Shown: positions 1 to 10,342 of the stretch, in pieces
Layout: the number at the start of each line of letters is the position of its first letter
How positions within the stretch are numbered: the stretch's first letter is position 1
Virus record (IMG/VR): IMGVR_UViG_3300046779_000879
Location: 64,001-128,000 of that record
Origin: a virus
DNA: 64,000 bases
Reading direction: 5' to 3' (one strand)
Translations under genes and position numbers: made by a program
The notes under the pieces: generated by a model
Database searches by the model: none
The model's input: the letters and a program-made list of their open reading frames with translations, nothing else
What the model was told of the DNA's origin: nothing

Positions 1-56
1 GATAAAGAGTGACGCACACGATGGTGATGTGCGTCATTATTAAAACGTAGATAAGT

Positions 57-695
57 TCAATCATCTTTTCTTTCGTACATAACTGTATCTGTATCACCAA
101 GTGCCCACTTGGATTCATTTTCGACAGACCAGCGTTTTGTTGCTACTTTAAAATCTGGCATCTTCAACTCCCGAGGATTAGACGAAGGCTCGAGGATAAT
201 AAGACGATTGTTTGGCTGAGCAGCGAACTGCCCATTATCACACATAATAAAATTATAAGATTTATGATCTTCGGTATCTTCAGCAAATCCAGTATCAAGA
301 ATATTAAAATCAGGATGACCAGAATCAACAGTGAATAGATAAGTTCCATACATCCAATCTCCGTTTTTTAATTTAAACTTACAACGCATTGATTGCAGTT
401 GTGCTTTCTTAATTACTGTAATATCATAAGAAAGACAGTCCCATAACTGTAAATAATCTAATGGGAGTGGTTCTCCATCAATTGGTTTCCAACAATAAGC
501 ATGCAATGGCAACTTATCATATAATGCACCATAATGATTAAGATACGATTCAATACGAAATGCTTGTCCTCTTAGTGACTTTATACTTATCCACCAGCAT
601 GGTTCTAATTCACCATGTCCCTTTTCAAAATCATAAAGGAATTCTCTTCGCACATAACATTTTACTGGTGGTAAATTTGCTACTATATGCGCCAT
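57..695 (-). CDS. conserved hypothetical phage protein
   Basis: Likely start MAHIVANLPP at 695, overlapping the upstream stop (TAATG); resembles a family common in T4-like environmental phages. Confidence 0.65.
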   Translation of the reverse strand: MAHIVANLPPVKCYVRREFLYDFEKGHGELEPCWWISIKSLRGQAFRIESYLNHYGALYDKLPLHAYCWKPIDGEPLPLDYLQLWDCLSYDITVIKKAQLQSMRCKFKLKNGDWMYGTYLFTVDSGHPDFNILDTGFAEDTEDHKSYNFIMCDNGQFAAQPNNRLIILEPSSNPRELKMPDFKVATKRWSVENESKWALGDTDTVMYERKDD

Positions 696-1366
696 TATTC
701 CTTGTTTCCAAACAGTTGTAATATGCTGATGAAAATGTTGATGAAGTTTATGTAAAGACTTAACGCACCAAACCATTGCATACGTGCGATTTCATCTTGC
801 GAAGCATCCCAAAACATATCACGAATACGATTCATGTCATATGCAGTAAGACCTAAGAAAATGAGAATTGCTAATACATTTAATGTCATCTGTAATGCTG
901 TTGATGCTACAAAAATGTTTATGATGCCAACAACGATTAAACCGATTACACCAGCAAACAAAAATGGACCCCATCCTGAGATGTCACGTTTAGTGAAATA
1001 ACCCCATCCAGCCAATGCACCGAAAGAAACAGTTGTTCCAAGTAAAGCAGTAACGATACTTGCACTAGTATATGCATAGAATAATAAACTTAAACTAAGA
1101 CCCATTGCTGCTGCGAAAGCGAAGAACCAAAGTTTAATAGTAGATTCTGACATCTCAGAACCTTTCCATGCCAAAAACAAACTCATAACTAATGGTGCAA
1201 ATATAATAACATATCCAAGTATACCAGAAAATAACAGTGGAACTATTCCAAGACCAACTACAATAGAAGCGAAAATCATTGTAGCAAATATGCCAACAGA
1301 CATTCTACCAAGAACACCTGCTACTGCTGTGTTTAAACTTTCTACTGCTGAAACATTTAAATTCAT
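695..1366 (-). CDS. Bax inhibitor-1/YccA family membrane protein
   Basis: About 7 hydrophobic segments; GLTAYDMNRI and GALSLYINFINIFISILQL C-terminal motifs. Confidence 0.9.
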   Translation of the reverse strand: MNLNVSAVESLNTAVAGVLGRMSVGIFATMIFASIVVGLGIVPLLFSGILGYVIIFAPLVMSLFLAWKGSEMSESTIKLWFFAFAAAMGLSLSLLFYAYTSASIVTALLGTTVSFGALAGWGYFTKRDISGWGPFLFAGVIGLIVVGIINIFVASTALQMTLNVLAILIFLGLTAYDMNRIRDMFWDASQDEIARMQWFGALSLYINFINIFISILQLFGNKE

Positions 1367-1381
1367 AGTTTTTCCTTTCAA

Positions 1382-2371
1382 TTATGCTGCTTTACCCCAA
1401 ACATCACCCCAATCACCTGATAATGCACCCTTAGCATAGTCAGTCACACGATTCTCAAAGAAGTTACCGTGCACTGGTGCGTTAATCATTTCTTCAACCC
1501 ATGGTAATGGATTCTTCTTAACTTTGAAGACACCTTTCATACCTAAAGAGATAAGACGACGATCTGCGATGTAACGAATATACTTCTTTACATCTTCAGC
1601 AGATAAATCTCGCATCTCTGCGCCAGCAAAAGATAGATCGATAAACTTGTCTTCAAGTTCAACCATCTTCTCAGCAATAGTATAAATCTTACCTTTGAGT
1701 TCATCATTCCAGATCTCTGGATTCTCTTTGATATACTCACGGAATAATTTAATCATTGACTCAGCGTGCATTGTTTCGTCAACAATACTCCAAGTAACAA
1801 TTTGTCCCATGCCTTTCATCATACCATGACGTGGCATATTTAATAACATAATGAAAGAACTAAACAACTGCATGCCTTCAGTGAATGCAGAAAACACAGC
1901 GATGTGCTCAGCAGTAGATGCAATGGTTCCATTACGTGATGAGATGTCACCAATATAATCATGCTTGTCTTTCATTTCTTGATATTCCATAAACTGATTG
2001 TATGTAGTTTCTGGAAGACCAAGTGTTTCAATCAGATGAGAATATGCAGCAATGTGAAGTGCTTCACGTGCAGCAAAACCAGACAACATCATACGAATCT
2101 CTGGTTGTGGGAAGTATGGAAGATAGTTCTTCACATAACCACCAGCAACATCAATGTCACCTTGTGTGAAGAAACGAAAGATATTTGTGAGAAACAACTT
2201 CTCTTCTTTAGTTAATTTCTTCTTCCAATCTTTTACGTCTTCTGCCATTGGCACTTCTGTATGTAGCCAATGTGCTTGTTCGTGTTTCAACCATGCTTCA
2301 TATGCCCATGGATAGTTGAATGGTTTAAAGTAATTTCTCTCATCCGTCATTTTATTATTTTTCTTAAGCAT
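1382..2371 (-). CDS. nrdB: ribonucleotide reductase class Ia beta subunit
   Basis: FFTQGD, REALHIAAYS (radical Tyr), TEG, VDETMH diiron ligands, NFFENRVTDY. Confidence 0.97.
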   Translation of the reverse strand: MLKKNNKMTDERNYFKPFNYPWAYEAWLKHEQAHWLHTEVPMAEDVKDWKKKLTKEEKLFLTNIFRFFTQGDIDVAGGYVKNYLPYFPQPEIRMMLSGFAAREALHIAAYSHLIETLGLPETTYNQFMEYQEMKDKHDYIGDISSRNGTIASTAEHIAVFSAFTEGMQLFSSFIMLLNMPRHGMMKGMGQIVTWSIVDETMHAESMIKLFREYIKENPEIWNDELKGKIYTIAEKMVELEDKFIDLSFAGAEMRDLSAEDVKKYIRYIADRRLISLGMKGVFKVKKNPLPWVEEMINAPVHGNFFENRVTDYAKGALSGDWGDVWGKAA

Positions 2372-2391
2372 TTTATTTTTCCTGTTATCTA

Positions 2392-3087
2392 TTAAATCTT
2401 ATCCATTCTATACAATGGAATGTTTTCTGCTCGGTCGGTTTCTATTTTATTTAAAAAATAAACTAATGTTAATCTTGAATCTTCTGAATCAGAGCCAAAA
2501 AAAGTATTGGCACCATGATATTCATTACCATTAAACATAATACATCTATTGTATAAATTATTAATTTTAATGGTTTCATCAAACATAGAATTACATTCTG
2601 TTCTTTCTTCATCATATTTGTTAGACTTAATGTTTTGATGATAGAATGAATTTTTTGTTACTTGTAATTCTTCATATCTTTTGGTATCGAATAAGGAATT
2701 TGGTTTGTATATAGATGTCCCACTATTTAATGGAGCATTTGGAGTTAAGTAAAGAACTCCAGCACTTAAATCTGAACCATCAACGTGAATCCAACCATCG
2801 TTCCAATTTTTTGGAACCAATTGGAAAAACGCATATACTTCCCAACTAACTCGTTGTTCCTGAACATTATGAAATATTGAAGACAACTTTGAAGTAAACT
2901 CAAAATATAAATCAGTATTAATTTCATGTAAAGCGTCAGTTCTTGAACCTGGATATAAAATAAGTTGTCCAGCATCAATACGTTCTTTATTTGTTTTAAA
3001 GATTTGTTTTAAAGCAAATTCTCTTACTTTATCTGGATCTTTAAAGAAATTATCTACAACAGTAATTGGATATAATCTATCCATCAT
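2392..3087 (-). CDS. 2OG-Fe(II) oxygenase (DUF6445-like)
   Basis: VVDNFFKDPD..YPGSRT, HVD, GVLYLTP, YHGA, RLTLVYF. Confidence 0.8.
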   Translation of the reverse strand: MMDRLYPITVVDNFFKDPDKVREFALKQIFKTNKERIDAGQLILYPGSRTDALHEINTDLYFEFTSKLSSIFHNVQEQRVSWEVYAFFQLVPKNWNDGWIHVDGSDLSAGVLYLTPNAPLNSGTSIYKPNSLFDTKRYEELQVTKNSFYHQNIKSNKYDEERTECNSMFDETIKINNLYNRCIMFNGNEYHGANTFFGSDSEDSRLTLVYFLNKIETDRAENIPLYRMDKI

Positions 3088-3272
3088 TCCTTGTCCAATG
3101 TCAGTTCTATCATATCATCTTTAATATAAACACCTACAACTTCACGATAACCTTCTTCAGTATTAACAACTACTTTGACTTTTTTATTTGTTTTAGTAAT
3201 TTCACCAGAGTTCTTTGGAACTACTGCACACCAATACTTTTTAATTTTATCCGCAATATCATAGGCATCCAT
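3084..3272 (-). CDS. hypothetical protein
   Basis: 62-aa ORF packed between neighbours. Confidence 0.6.
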   Translation of the reverse strand: MDAYDIADKIKKYWCAVVPKNSGEITKTNKKVKVVVNTEEGYREVVGVYIKDDMIELTLDKE

Positions 3273-3280
3273 TTTTTATC

Positions 3281-3778
3281 CTATTTTAATTTTAGTTTAA
3301 AGGCAACAGTTATTCTTAATTCTTTGCAGTGCCTTGTCGGTTCTGATCCATAATGTAGTATATTACTATTAAATAAAATTCCAGTATTGGGTTTTGGGAT
3401 ATGTGTGTATGTAATATTGTCATGATGTAAAACAGTAGCACCACCCCATTTAATATCCCAAACAGGGTTCATATAAATCACAAATGTTTTGATATCTTCT
3501 GCACGATCATCTATGTGAAAATCACCACATAAACCATATGTCTGTCCATTGGCTCGTACCGATAACAGTTCAAACTTTTGCTCAGTCATACTTTGTATTT
3601 CATTAAACACAAATGAGTTATAAAAACTATTATCAATTAAATCTATATACCAAAATGTTAAAGCATCATTGCCAGGTGCACTGTTATTAATAAATTTCCA
3701 TCCAGAACCATGCGCCAGTGCATTATATTGATCATAAAAATAGCATTCTGGAATTACATTATGATATACCTCAAACAT
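3281..3778 (-). CDS. 2OG-Fe(II) oxygenase (prolyl-hydroxylase-like)
   Basis: FHID, WDIKWGG, ILHYG, LRITVAFK. Confidence 0.85.
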   Translation of the reverse strand: MFEVYHNVIPECYFYDQYNALAHGSGWKFINNSAPGNDALTFWYIDLIDNSFYNSFVFNEIQSMTEQKFELLSVRANGQTYGLCGDFHIDDRAEDIKTFVIYMNPVWDIKWGGATVLHHDNITYTHIPKPNTGILFNSNILHYGSEPTRHCKELRITVAFKLKLK

Positions 3779-3782
3779 TATT

Positions 3783-5582
3783 TTATCCCTCACAAGCTAA
3801 GCAGGTATCTGCGTCGCCAGTTAGTGCATGAAGATCGATCTCTTTAATAACTTCTCGTTCGATACGTTTTGATACCTTATCAGCTTTAGCAATCTTATCT
3901 GAACGGCAATAGTACATAGTTTTTAAACCTTGCTTCCATGCTTGGAAGTGAACAGCGTGAATATATTTGATATGACTATCTGGTCTGAAAAACACATTCA
4001 ATGATTGGGCTTGATCAATAAACTCTTGACGATCTGCAGCGTGTTGGACAACCCAACGCTGGTCAATTTCCATTGATGTTTTATACACATCTTTAGTCCA
4101 CTCATCCATCCAATCAAGGTGCTGAACAGAACCATCGTTGGCAATAATGCTGGACCAAACTTCGTCTGCCCATCCTTCTTTATGATTTACTGCTTCTGTT
4201 TGAATCACTATATCCAAGAAACGATTCTTGTTTAAGTGAGAACCCGATAGAGTGTCTTGGCGATAAGCATTGGCACGATAAGGTTCAATAGAAGGACTAG
4301 TATTGCCCATGAGAATGGAAGAAGAAGCATTGGGAGCAATAGCCATAAGATGACTAAAGCGATTCCCAGTACCCACTGCGTCCAATGCTTCACCACGTTC
4401 AGATCCCAATTCTTTATTAGCAACATCTAACTTTCCTCTTATGTGTGCAAAGATTTGTTTGTTACGTCCGATTGCCATTGGGGATTCCCAAGGTAACTTG
4501 TTTTTCTGCAAGTAGGCATGCCAACCCAACGCACCGATGCCGATACTTCTTTCTCGCATGGCGGAGTATTTTGCTCTTTTAATGGTGGAAGGTGCATTAT
4601 CAATAAAATACTGAAGAACATTGTCAAGCATTTCTGCAACATCACGAAGGAAAGTAGGATGCGATTTCCATTCATCATAGTACTCCAAGTTTAGAGATGA
4701 CAAGCAACATACTGCTGTTCGCTTTTCATTTGTTGGTAGAATAATCTCAGAACAGAGATTTGATTGATGAATCTTTAAACCTTTATCTTTTAACCATTGT
4801 GGCAATTTACGATTCGATTCATCAATAAAGTGTAGGTATGGTTCGCCAGTCATCATACGCATTTCAAGGATACGTTGCCATAATTCTTTTGCTGATACAG
4901 TTTCACGAATTTCGTTTGATGCTGGATCAACTAAATTCCAAGAGTCATCTGCATCAGGATCAATCATACAATTCTCAACTAACTGCATAAACGCATCAGG
5001 AATATTGATACCATGATGCATGTTAAGAGTACGCATGTTTTGGTCGCCTGTCGGCTTGCGCATCTCTAGAAAGTTAATAATGTCGGGATGACTGATATCA
5101 AGATAAGCAGCATAACTTCCACGACGAGTACGACCTTGGCGATAAGCAAGACTCGAAGCATCGTACATTTTGAGGTGTGGCATGACACCAGTGCTCTTGT
5201 CGTCTGCCGAACGTATACCGAACCCAATACCAACACCACCCCCGAGCATAGAAAGCCAATTAGTTTCAGAAAGGTTATCAACTAGTCCCTCCGCTGTATC
5301 TTCAATGTAGTTAAGAAAGCAAGAGATAGGCAATCCTCTTTTACTTCTCCCGAATGAGAGAATAGGTGTTGAGTAACTAAGCCAGTGCTTGCTGGAATAA
5401 TCGTAAAGTCTTTGTGCATGTTCTGGATTGCTACCAAATTTACTGCTAACGAATGCGAATCTTTCTTGTGGCGAAACTTCTTCATCTTTCATGTAACTTT
5501 CTTTTAATCTTATCTTTCCTAATTCATCGAACAAATTATCTCGAGAATAGTCTACCTTGATGCCATGTACAATATTGTTCAT
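3783..5582 (-). CDS. nrdA: ribonucleotide reductase class Ia alpha subunit (no ATP cone)
   Basis: PISCF, SNLCSEI, VCCLSS, APNASSS, KTMYYCR, C-terminal CLACEG. Confidence 0.97.
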   Translation of the reverse strand: MNNIVHGIKVDYSRDNLFDELGKIRLKESYMKDEEVSPQERFAFVSSKFGSNPEHAQRLYDYSSKHWLSYSTPILSFGRSKRGLPISCFLNYIEDTAEGLVDNLSETNWLSMLGGGVGIGFGIRSADDKSTGVMPHLKMYDASSLAYRQGRTRRGSYAAYLDISHPDIINFLEMRKPTGDQNMRTLNMHHGINIPDAFMQLVENCMIDPDADDSWNLVDPASNEIRETVSAKELWQRILEMRMMTGEPYLHFIDESNRKLPQWLKDKGLKIHQSNLCSEIILPTNEKRTAVCCLSSLNLEYYDEWKSHPTFLRDVAEMLDNVLQYFIDNAPSTIKRAKYSAMRERSIGIGALGWHAYLQKNKLPWESPMAIGRNKQIFAHIRGKLDVANKELGSERGEALDAVGTGNRFSHLMAIAPNASSSILMGNTSPSIEPYRANAYRQDTLSGSHLNKNRFLDIVIQTEAVNHKEGWADEVWSSIIANDGSVQHLDWMDEWTKDVYKTSMEIDQRWVVQHAADRQEFIDQAQSLNVFFRPDSHIKYIHAVHFQAWKQGLKTMYYCRSDKIAKADKVSKRIEREVIKEIDLHALTGDADTCLACEG

Positions 5583-5597
5583 TTATTACTCCACTTA

Positions 5598-6605
5598 TTA
5601 TTTTAATTTTTCTAACTCTGAATAGATTTGTTCTATCTGTGAGTCATATCTTCTACTATCGTTTTGCTCTATTAAATTAGCATATTCTATAAACAACAAA
5701 TCTTTTCTAAAAGAATCTTCATAATTATTTTTATTATATAAAAGAGTATTCATTCTATCTTTTAGTTTACAAAATTCATATACCAAAGACTCAGCATATT
5801 CACCAATTAGTTTTTTGATTTCTTCCCGTTTAACATTATCACTACCATTATATTGATAATGTTCTGTTCCATATACAGAATGATATAGTCCAGCAGCACA
5901 CACTTCTTTTGTATGTCCTAATTGCTCTAAAAGTAAAGAAACTCTATACAAATGTTCAAAAAATGTTTTTCCAGAATGTTTTAAATCAATGCTTTGTTTA
6001 AAGATAAAATCGACCTCTTCGCTTAAACAAGAATGATCAATAGTTTTAAATACTAATACACTTCTAAGTTCTGGACAAATTCTACTTAATGGTCTAGCAG
6101 AATGAAATTTATTCGAATCAAAAATTAAAACTCTATTTGGTTTTGGTAGTACAGAATATTCTATCTCATTATCAGAATTAAGAATTGTTGTTTCTCCACC
6201 CCAATCTCTATCCCAAGTTTTATTTAAATAAACAATAATAGTTTCTGTCAAAACACTAGAACCAAATTTTTTTAGAATCCAGTTATCATCTACGTGATAA
6301 TATGCATCAGTACCAAAAGTATAACCATTGATATATGATCTTAAAAGACATCGTTTACCAATTTTAGATTGAATAGCCGACCATAATAGATCTACTTCTT
6401 GATGTGATGATATAAAGGGCATAACACTATGATCATAATAATGAAATTTACTGTTGCTTAAAATGTTTTTATTCCAGTGTCCAAAGTCGTAAGATTTATC
6501 AACATTAGACTTTCCACCATAAGTTAATCCACTCTCTACATATCTTGACCTAATATTTGATATTAGGTTATCACATTCATCTAACTGCAATAAAATAGTA
6601 CTCAT
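5598..6605 (-). CDS. 2OG-Fe(II) oxygenase fused to C-terminal HD-like (DUF6817-like) domain
   Basis: YHVD, WDRDWGGET, FHSAR, RSVLVFK; then HSGKTFFEHL...AGLYHSVYGT. Confidence 0.75.
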   Translation of the reverse strand: MSTILLQLDECDNLISNIRSRYVESGLTYGGKSNVDKSYDFGHWNKNILSNSKFHYYDHSVMPFISSHQEVDLLWSAIQSKIGKRCLLRSYINGYTFGTDAYYHVDDNWILKKFGSSVLTETIIVYLNKTWDRDWGGETTILNSDNEIEYSVLPKPNRVLIFDSNKFHSARPLSRICPELRSVLVFKTIDHSCLSEEVDFIFKQSIDLKHSGKTFFEHLYRVSLLLEQLGHTKEVCAAGLYHSVYGTEHYQYNGSDNVKREEIKKLIGEYAESLVYEFCKLKDRMNTLLYNKNNYEDSFRKDLLFIEYANLIEQNDSRRYDSQIEQIYSELEKLK

Positions 6606-7285
6606 AATTGTCTATCCAATTTTTTAATAATTGGGAATACCTCAGCAATAACTTTAGCACATTCAAGTGCAACTATCTGATGTTCTTTTTGTGTACCATT
6701 TGCACTGCGTAATTCAATAAAGTGAATCCAACTACGCAGTGTACCATTCATGTATAAACGACTAACTGTATTGCCTTCTGGTAGAATTGCTCTTGCTTGT
6801 TCTTTAGCAATTCCTTGACCAATCGCCCAGTCATACGTCTTTATTACTAGTGCTAGAATTTCTCTTTGCCTGTGACGCCACTCTTCAGCAATATTCTGTC
6901 CAGCAATGGTGGCTGGTAACTCTACGCTATTTTGACGATTGGTTTCGTCTTGGAGTCTGGCTTCCCTAAGGACAAATGATAAGTCCTTGGTGGGATCTGC
7001 GTAGCGTTGGCTGAATTCTTGAAAACTAAAAGAGCGGTGACGCAAGATTTGTCTTGCGATATCACGAGTAGTTTCTATTTCTAAACACGCACTGACCATT
7101 TCTAATGGTGACCAATGGCTGTGTTTGATAAGATACTTAATTAACTTCTCTGATGTCTCTGTGTTGAACTGGTTGGATGGATTTGATACACGAGCACAAA
7201 AAGCAACTAGCTCTTGTGCGTCAATCAAACCCTCATCATACATTTCATCTGATGGTTTAGAATAACTAATCAATTTCACTTTCAC
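6602..7285 (-). CDS. thyX: flavin-dependent thymidylate synthase
   Basis: HWSPLE, RQILRHRSFSFQEFSQRY signature. Confidence 0.97.
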   Translation of the reverse strand: MKVKLISYSKPSDEMYDEGLIDAQELVAFCARVSNPSNQFNTETSEKLIKYLIKHSHWSPLEMVSACLEIETTRDIARQILRHRSFSFQEFSQRYADPTKDLSFVLREARLQDETNRQNSVELPATIAGQNIAEEWRHRQREILALVIKTYDWAIGQGIAKEQARAILPEGNTVSRLYMNGTLRSWIHFIELRSANGTQKEHQIVALECAKVIAEVFPIIKKLDRQL

Positions 7286-8307
7286 TTAACTCTCCATTCA
7301 CTAAATCTAAGTTTCGCTTCCATACCAGTATGGGTGTTTGTATTTATTACTTCGGTGATTTCATCGGCAGTCATTTCGCCATGTAAAATCATTTCATTAA
7401 TATCCTTTTGTTGTATGCTGTTTGGAAACATACATACACTAAATCCTGAATCAATATATTTTTCTAACTGTTTGACGATATCTTTATTTCTTGGCTCATT
7501 GTCCATAATGATTGTAGCGTTAGTGAGCAACTGACGAATCGTTGGTGTATCAAATGAAGCACCTGACACAGCAACAGCATTGGGTAGAAATAAAGAATCA
7601 ATTGGACCTTCCACAACCAAGATTCGTTTCGAATAATCAACTCGATCCAAACCATAAATCTTTTCCTGAGTCTCATCTACCTTAATGGTATAATACTTAG
7701 GCTCCTCATTTCCATACGCTCTACCTTGAAAAGCAAAACACTTTCCTGCTGGAGTAAAGTATGGAATAATCATACGTGGATGTTCATCAACAATTGGTTC
7801 CACAAACTTCGGTGTGACAGAGTTTACAAACTTCTTAAACTTAGCACAGAAGTAAAGCAGATGCCATTTGTCTCGTGGAATCTTTCTACTCAAAACATAC
7901 TTTACTGCAGGATGAGAAACATCAAGTGTGTCTATCCTACTTAGTGGCTCAAGAATATCATCTTCAAGCAACTCAATCTTTTCTGGTTCTGGTAGGATTT
8001 CCGATATATCTTTGTGCGCATTGTAACGAGTAGCACCAGCTTTGTATCGTTCAAGAACATACTCATCATATAATTTTGTATCAACATACTTAATTAAATT
8101 ACCAATATTGGTACTGTAGTTGCAGTTGTGGCACTTCACAAACAAGTCAGCTTCTGCACGATAAATGTACCCACGTGCCTTCAATTTATTTTTAGATGAG
8201 TCACCACACACTGGACAAGAATAGTTCCAGAGATAATCTTTTTTCTGTTTGAAATTTCGCAAGCGACTACCCAGTATTTGGGCATACTTTGCATCAATGT
8301 ATAACAT
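7282..8307 (-). CDS. 61: DNA primase gp61
   Basis: Zn finger CPVCGD..CHNC, VEGPIDS TOPRIM motif, DNEPRN, KDINEM. Confidence 0.95.
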   Translation of the reverse strand: MLYIDAKYAQILGSRLRNFKQKKDYLWNYSCPVCGDSSKNKLKARGYIYRAEADLFVKCHNCNYSTNIGNLIKYVDTKLYDEYVLERYKAGATRYNAHKDISEILPEPEKIELLEDDILEPLSRIDTLDVSHPAVKYVLSRKIPRDKWHLLYFCAKFKKFVNSVTPKFVEPIVDEHPRMIIPYFTPAGKCFAFQGRAYGNEEPKYYTIKVDETQEKIYGLDRVDYSKRILVVEGPIDSLFLPNAVAVSGASFDTPTIRQLLTNATIIMDNEPRNKDIVKQLEKYIDSGFSVCMFPNSIQQKDINEMILHGEMTADEITEVINTNTHTGMEAKLRFSEWRVK

Positions 8308-8330
8308 AATAACTCCACATGTAGGATACA

Positions 8331-8359
8331 ATTATACCCTACATAACATTATAAAACAA
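8331..8359 (-). promoter_or_regulatory. sigma70-type early promoter
   Basis: TTGTTT-N17-TATAAT upstream of primase. Confidence 0.7.
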
Positions 8360-8361
8360 GT

Positions 8362-8718
8362 TTATTTCAGAAAATTTGCAATTTCTGAGATATGACCAAG
8401 AATAAATCCTAAAGTTGCAGCACCACCGATTACATACCATTTCCACTGCTCTAATGCACCAACTCGCTTTTCCATTTTCTCTATATCTTCAACAACATCT
8501 TTACGTATTTCTTCATGTTGAGTTTGCGAGATTTGAGCATTTGCATTCATCTTATGCTCAATGCGTGTTTGCATATCGTCAATCTTATCAACGATCTCTC
8601 TATTAGATGTAGTAATACGAGAGTGGATCTCTTTAATATCAGATTTCAACTCTTTGACATCCTCTTTAATAGTTTCTACTTGCGCTTCCAATTTAGCTAG
8701 TCTCTCTGGCGAATCCAT
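8362..8718 (-). CDS. coiled-coil protein with C-terminal TM helix (XhlA-like, possible holin/lysis protein)
   Basis: Heptad coiled coil followed by WKWYVIGGAATLGFILG; adjacent to spanins. Confidence 0.55.
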   Translation of the reverse strand: MDSPERLAKLEAQVETIKEDVKELKSDIKEIHSRITTSNREIVDKIDDMQTRIEHKMNANAQISQTQHEEIRKDVVEDIEKMEKRVGALEQWKWYVIGGAATLGFILGHISEIANFLK

Positions 8719-8982
8719 TTATTTTACACTTTCAAAAATGTATTTTTGTGTTTTGTACCATTCAACCCAAGTGTCTACTTTAATTTTACATTCATGATAT
8801 TGTCCGTAGTTGTCCACTACGACTTTCAACACTTCACTTAACTTTTCAGTAGGTTCTGTAGTCTTTAAGTCAGGACATGCTTCCATAAGTTGTTTTGGAA
8901 CTTCTGGAAAAGTTCTTTTCACTGGTGTTGTTAAACAACCTGTTAGTAATATAACAGGAATCAAAAGAAGTAATCTTTTCAT
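8719..8982 (-). CDS. o-spanin (Rz1-like lipoprotein)
   Basis: Lipobox LLTGC, Pro-rich region, two further Cys; follows the i-spanin. Confidence 0.8.
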   Translation of the reverse strand: MKRLLLLIPVILLTGCLTTPVKRTFPEVPKQLMEACPDLKTTEPTEKLSEVLKVVVDNYGQYHECKIKVDTWVEWYKTQKYIFESVK

Positions 8983-9434
8983 TTCTTGATTCCCTTTGCT
9001 GCATCGTTAAAAATGTCTACAGTTTCATTAGTAATTTTACACTGAGAATCAATTTTAACTTCTACTGTCTTTATTTTTTCTTGAATAACAACTTGAGTTT
9101 CTTTAACAACTCGCACTTTATCCACATAAACAGTTTTAATCTTTTCGTTAGCGGTTTTAGATTCAGCTTCAGCTTTTGCAACCTTGGCTTCCATCTCAGC
9201 TACTCTTGCTCTCCATGACATCTCAACACCAACCCCACCTTTAAAGTATACACCAGCAATGAGTAGAACAAGAGCAACTATTTGCAGGAGCATTCTGTAA
9301 GGAATAATCCACGGAAGATAACGAATAAAGAAACCAAAGAAAAATGCTACAACAGTGCCGATGATACCAGCAATTAGAATTGCATTAACTACCCAAAGTA
9401 GGAACGCATCAGGAATAAAATTAAGCAGAAACAT
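8979..9434 (-). CDS. i-spanin (Rz-like)
   Basis: N-terminal TM helices, periplasmic coiled coil, C-terminal Cys. Confidence 0.75.
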   Translation of the reverse strand: MFLLNFIPDAFLLWVVNAILIAGIIGTVVAFFFGFFIRYLPWIIPYRMLLQIVALVLLIAGVYFKGGVGVEMSWRARVAEMEAKVAKAEAESKTANEKIKTVYVDKVRVVKETQVVIQEKIKTVEVKIDSQCKITNETVDIFNDAAKGIKK

Positions 9435-9945
9435 TCACTGGTTTTCTCTTAGCCATTAGCTGAAACTTCTTGATGTTTTTCTTATCAATTTTAGGTTCAT
9501 CAGTAGAGACTGCAGCACCAGTAACATTCATGGCACCAGCATCACCTTCTTCAGATAAGAATTTTTTAACAAGTAGTTCCTCTTCAACAAGAGACACTCT
9601 ATTATCCAACATAGTGATCAACTTATCAAACTTTTCTTGCATCATTGCAGTTGAACGACTGCCTGACTCGTATGTTTCTTTGACTAACCAAAGAGCAGCA
9701 ACTAAACTTTTAGTCTTGTTTTCACCACCTGGAAGTTTGTTAATGATTTTCTTCATATTGAAAACCAAACGATTCAAAAAGGTGTAAGCATCTTTTTCTT
9801 GTGTAGTCGAAAGAGTATTTGCTTTGCGAAGATTCTTTCCTTTTGCATCAATAATACCTAGCTTGAATGCTTCCGTGTCAGTGAAATTTGTCACTAACAT
9901 TTTTAATACTTTGTAAGCAATCAGGTTGTCTATTATGCGACTCAT
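9421..9945 (-). CDS. conserved T4-like hypothetical protein
   Basis: AFKLGIIDAKGK..RLVFNMKK pattern seen in T4-like phages. Confidence 0.7.
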   Translation of the reverse strand: MSRIIDNLIAYKVLKMLVTNFTDTEAFKLGIIDAKGKNLRKANTLSTTQEKDAYTFLNRLVFNMKKIINKLPGGENKTKSLVAALWLVKETYESGSRSTAMMQEKFDKLITMLDNRVSLVEEELLVKKFLSEEGDAGAMNVTGAAVSTDEPKIDKKNIKKFQLMAKRKPVNVSA

Positions 9946-10325
9946 TAAATCTTCCTTAATGTGGCTATGATTGTTTCATCTAAAACTACATCTGATAAAA
10001 CAATACCGTATTCTGGTAGGGTTTCTGGCATTCGATCAAGATAGACCAAGAATGTTACCAACGAATCCCAACACTCTTTTTCGATTTTATAAAACAGCAT
10101 CTTAGTTGCTGAATCACCGAAGATATTATAAAGGACAATAATATGATTGAGGATTAATCTTTCTCGCAGTTCACCATTGTTTTTATATCTTGAGAGCAAT
10201 TTCTTAAGATACAAGAACTTTTTGATATCTTCTTCAAACTCTGCTAGACTATGACATTGTGGGTTATCATAGTGATGCATTGCATAAACAAGAAAGTTAC
10301 CTTCATTTAATTTTTCACTAACCAT
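9945..10325 (-). CDS. conserved T4-like hypothetical protein
   Basis: YAMHHYDNPQC..ERLILNHII; likely start MVSEKL. Confidence 0.75.
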   Translation of the reverse strand: MVSEKLNEGNFLVYAMHHYDNPQCHSLAEFEEDIKKFLYLKKLLSRYKNNGELRERLILNHIIVLYNIFGDSATKMLFYKIEKECWDSLVTFLVYLDRMPETLPEYGIVLSDVVLDETIIATLRKI

Positions 10326-10342
10326 ATTCTCTTCACAGAAAT

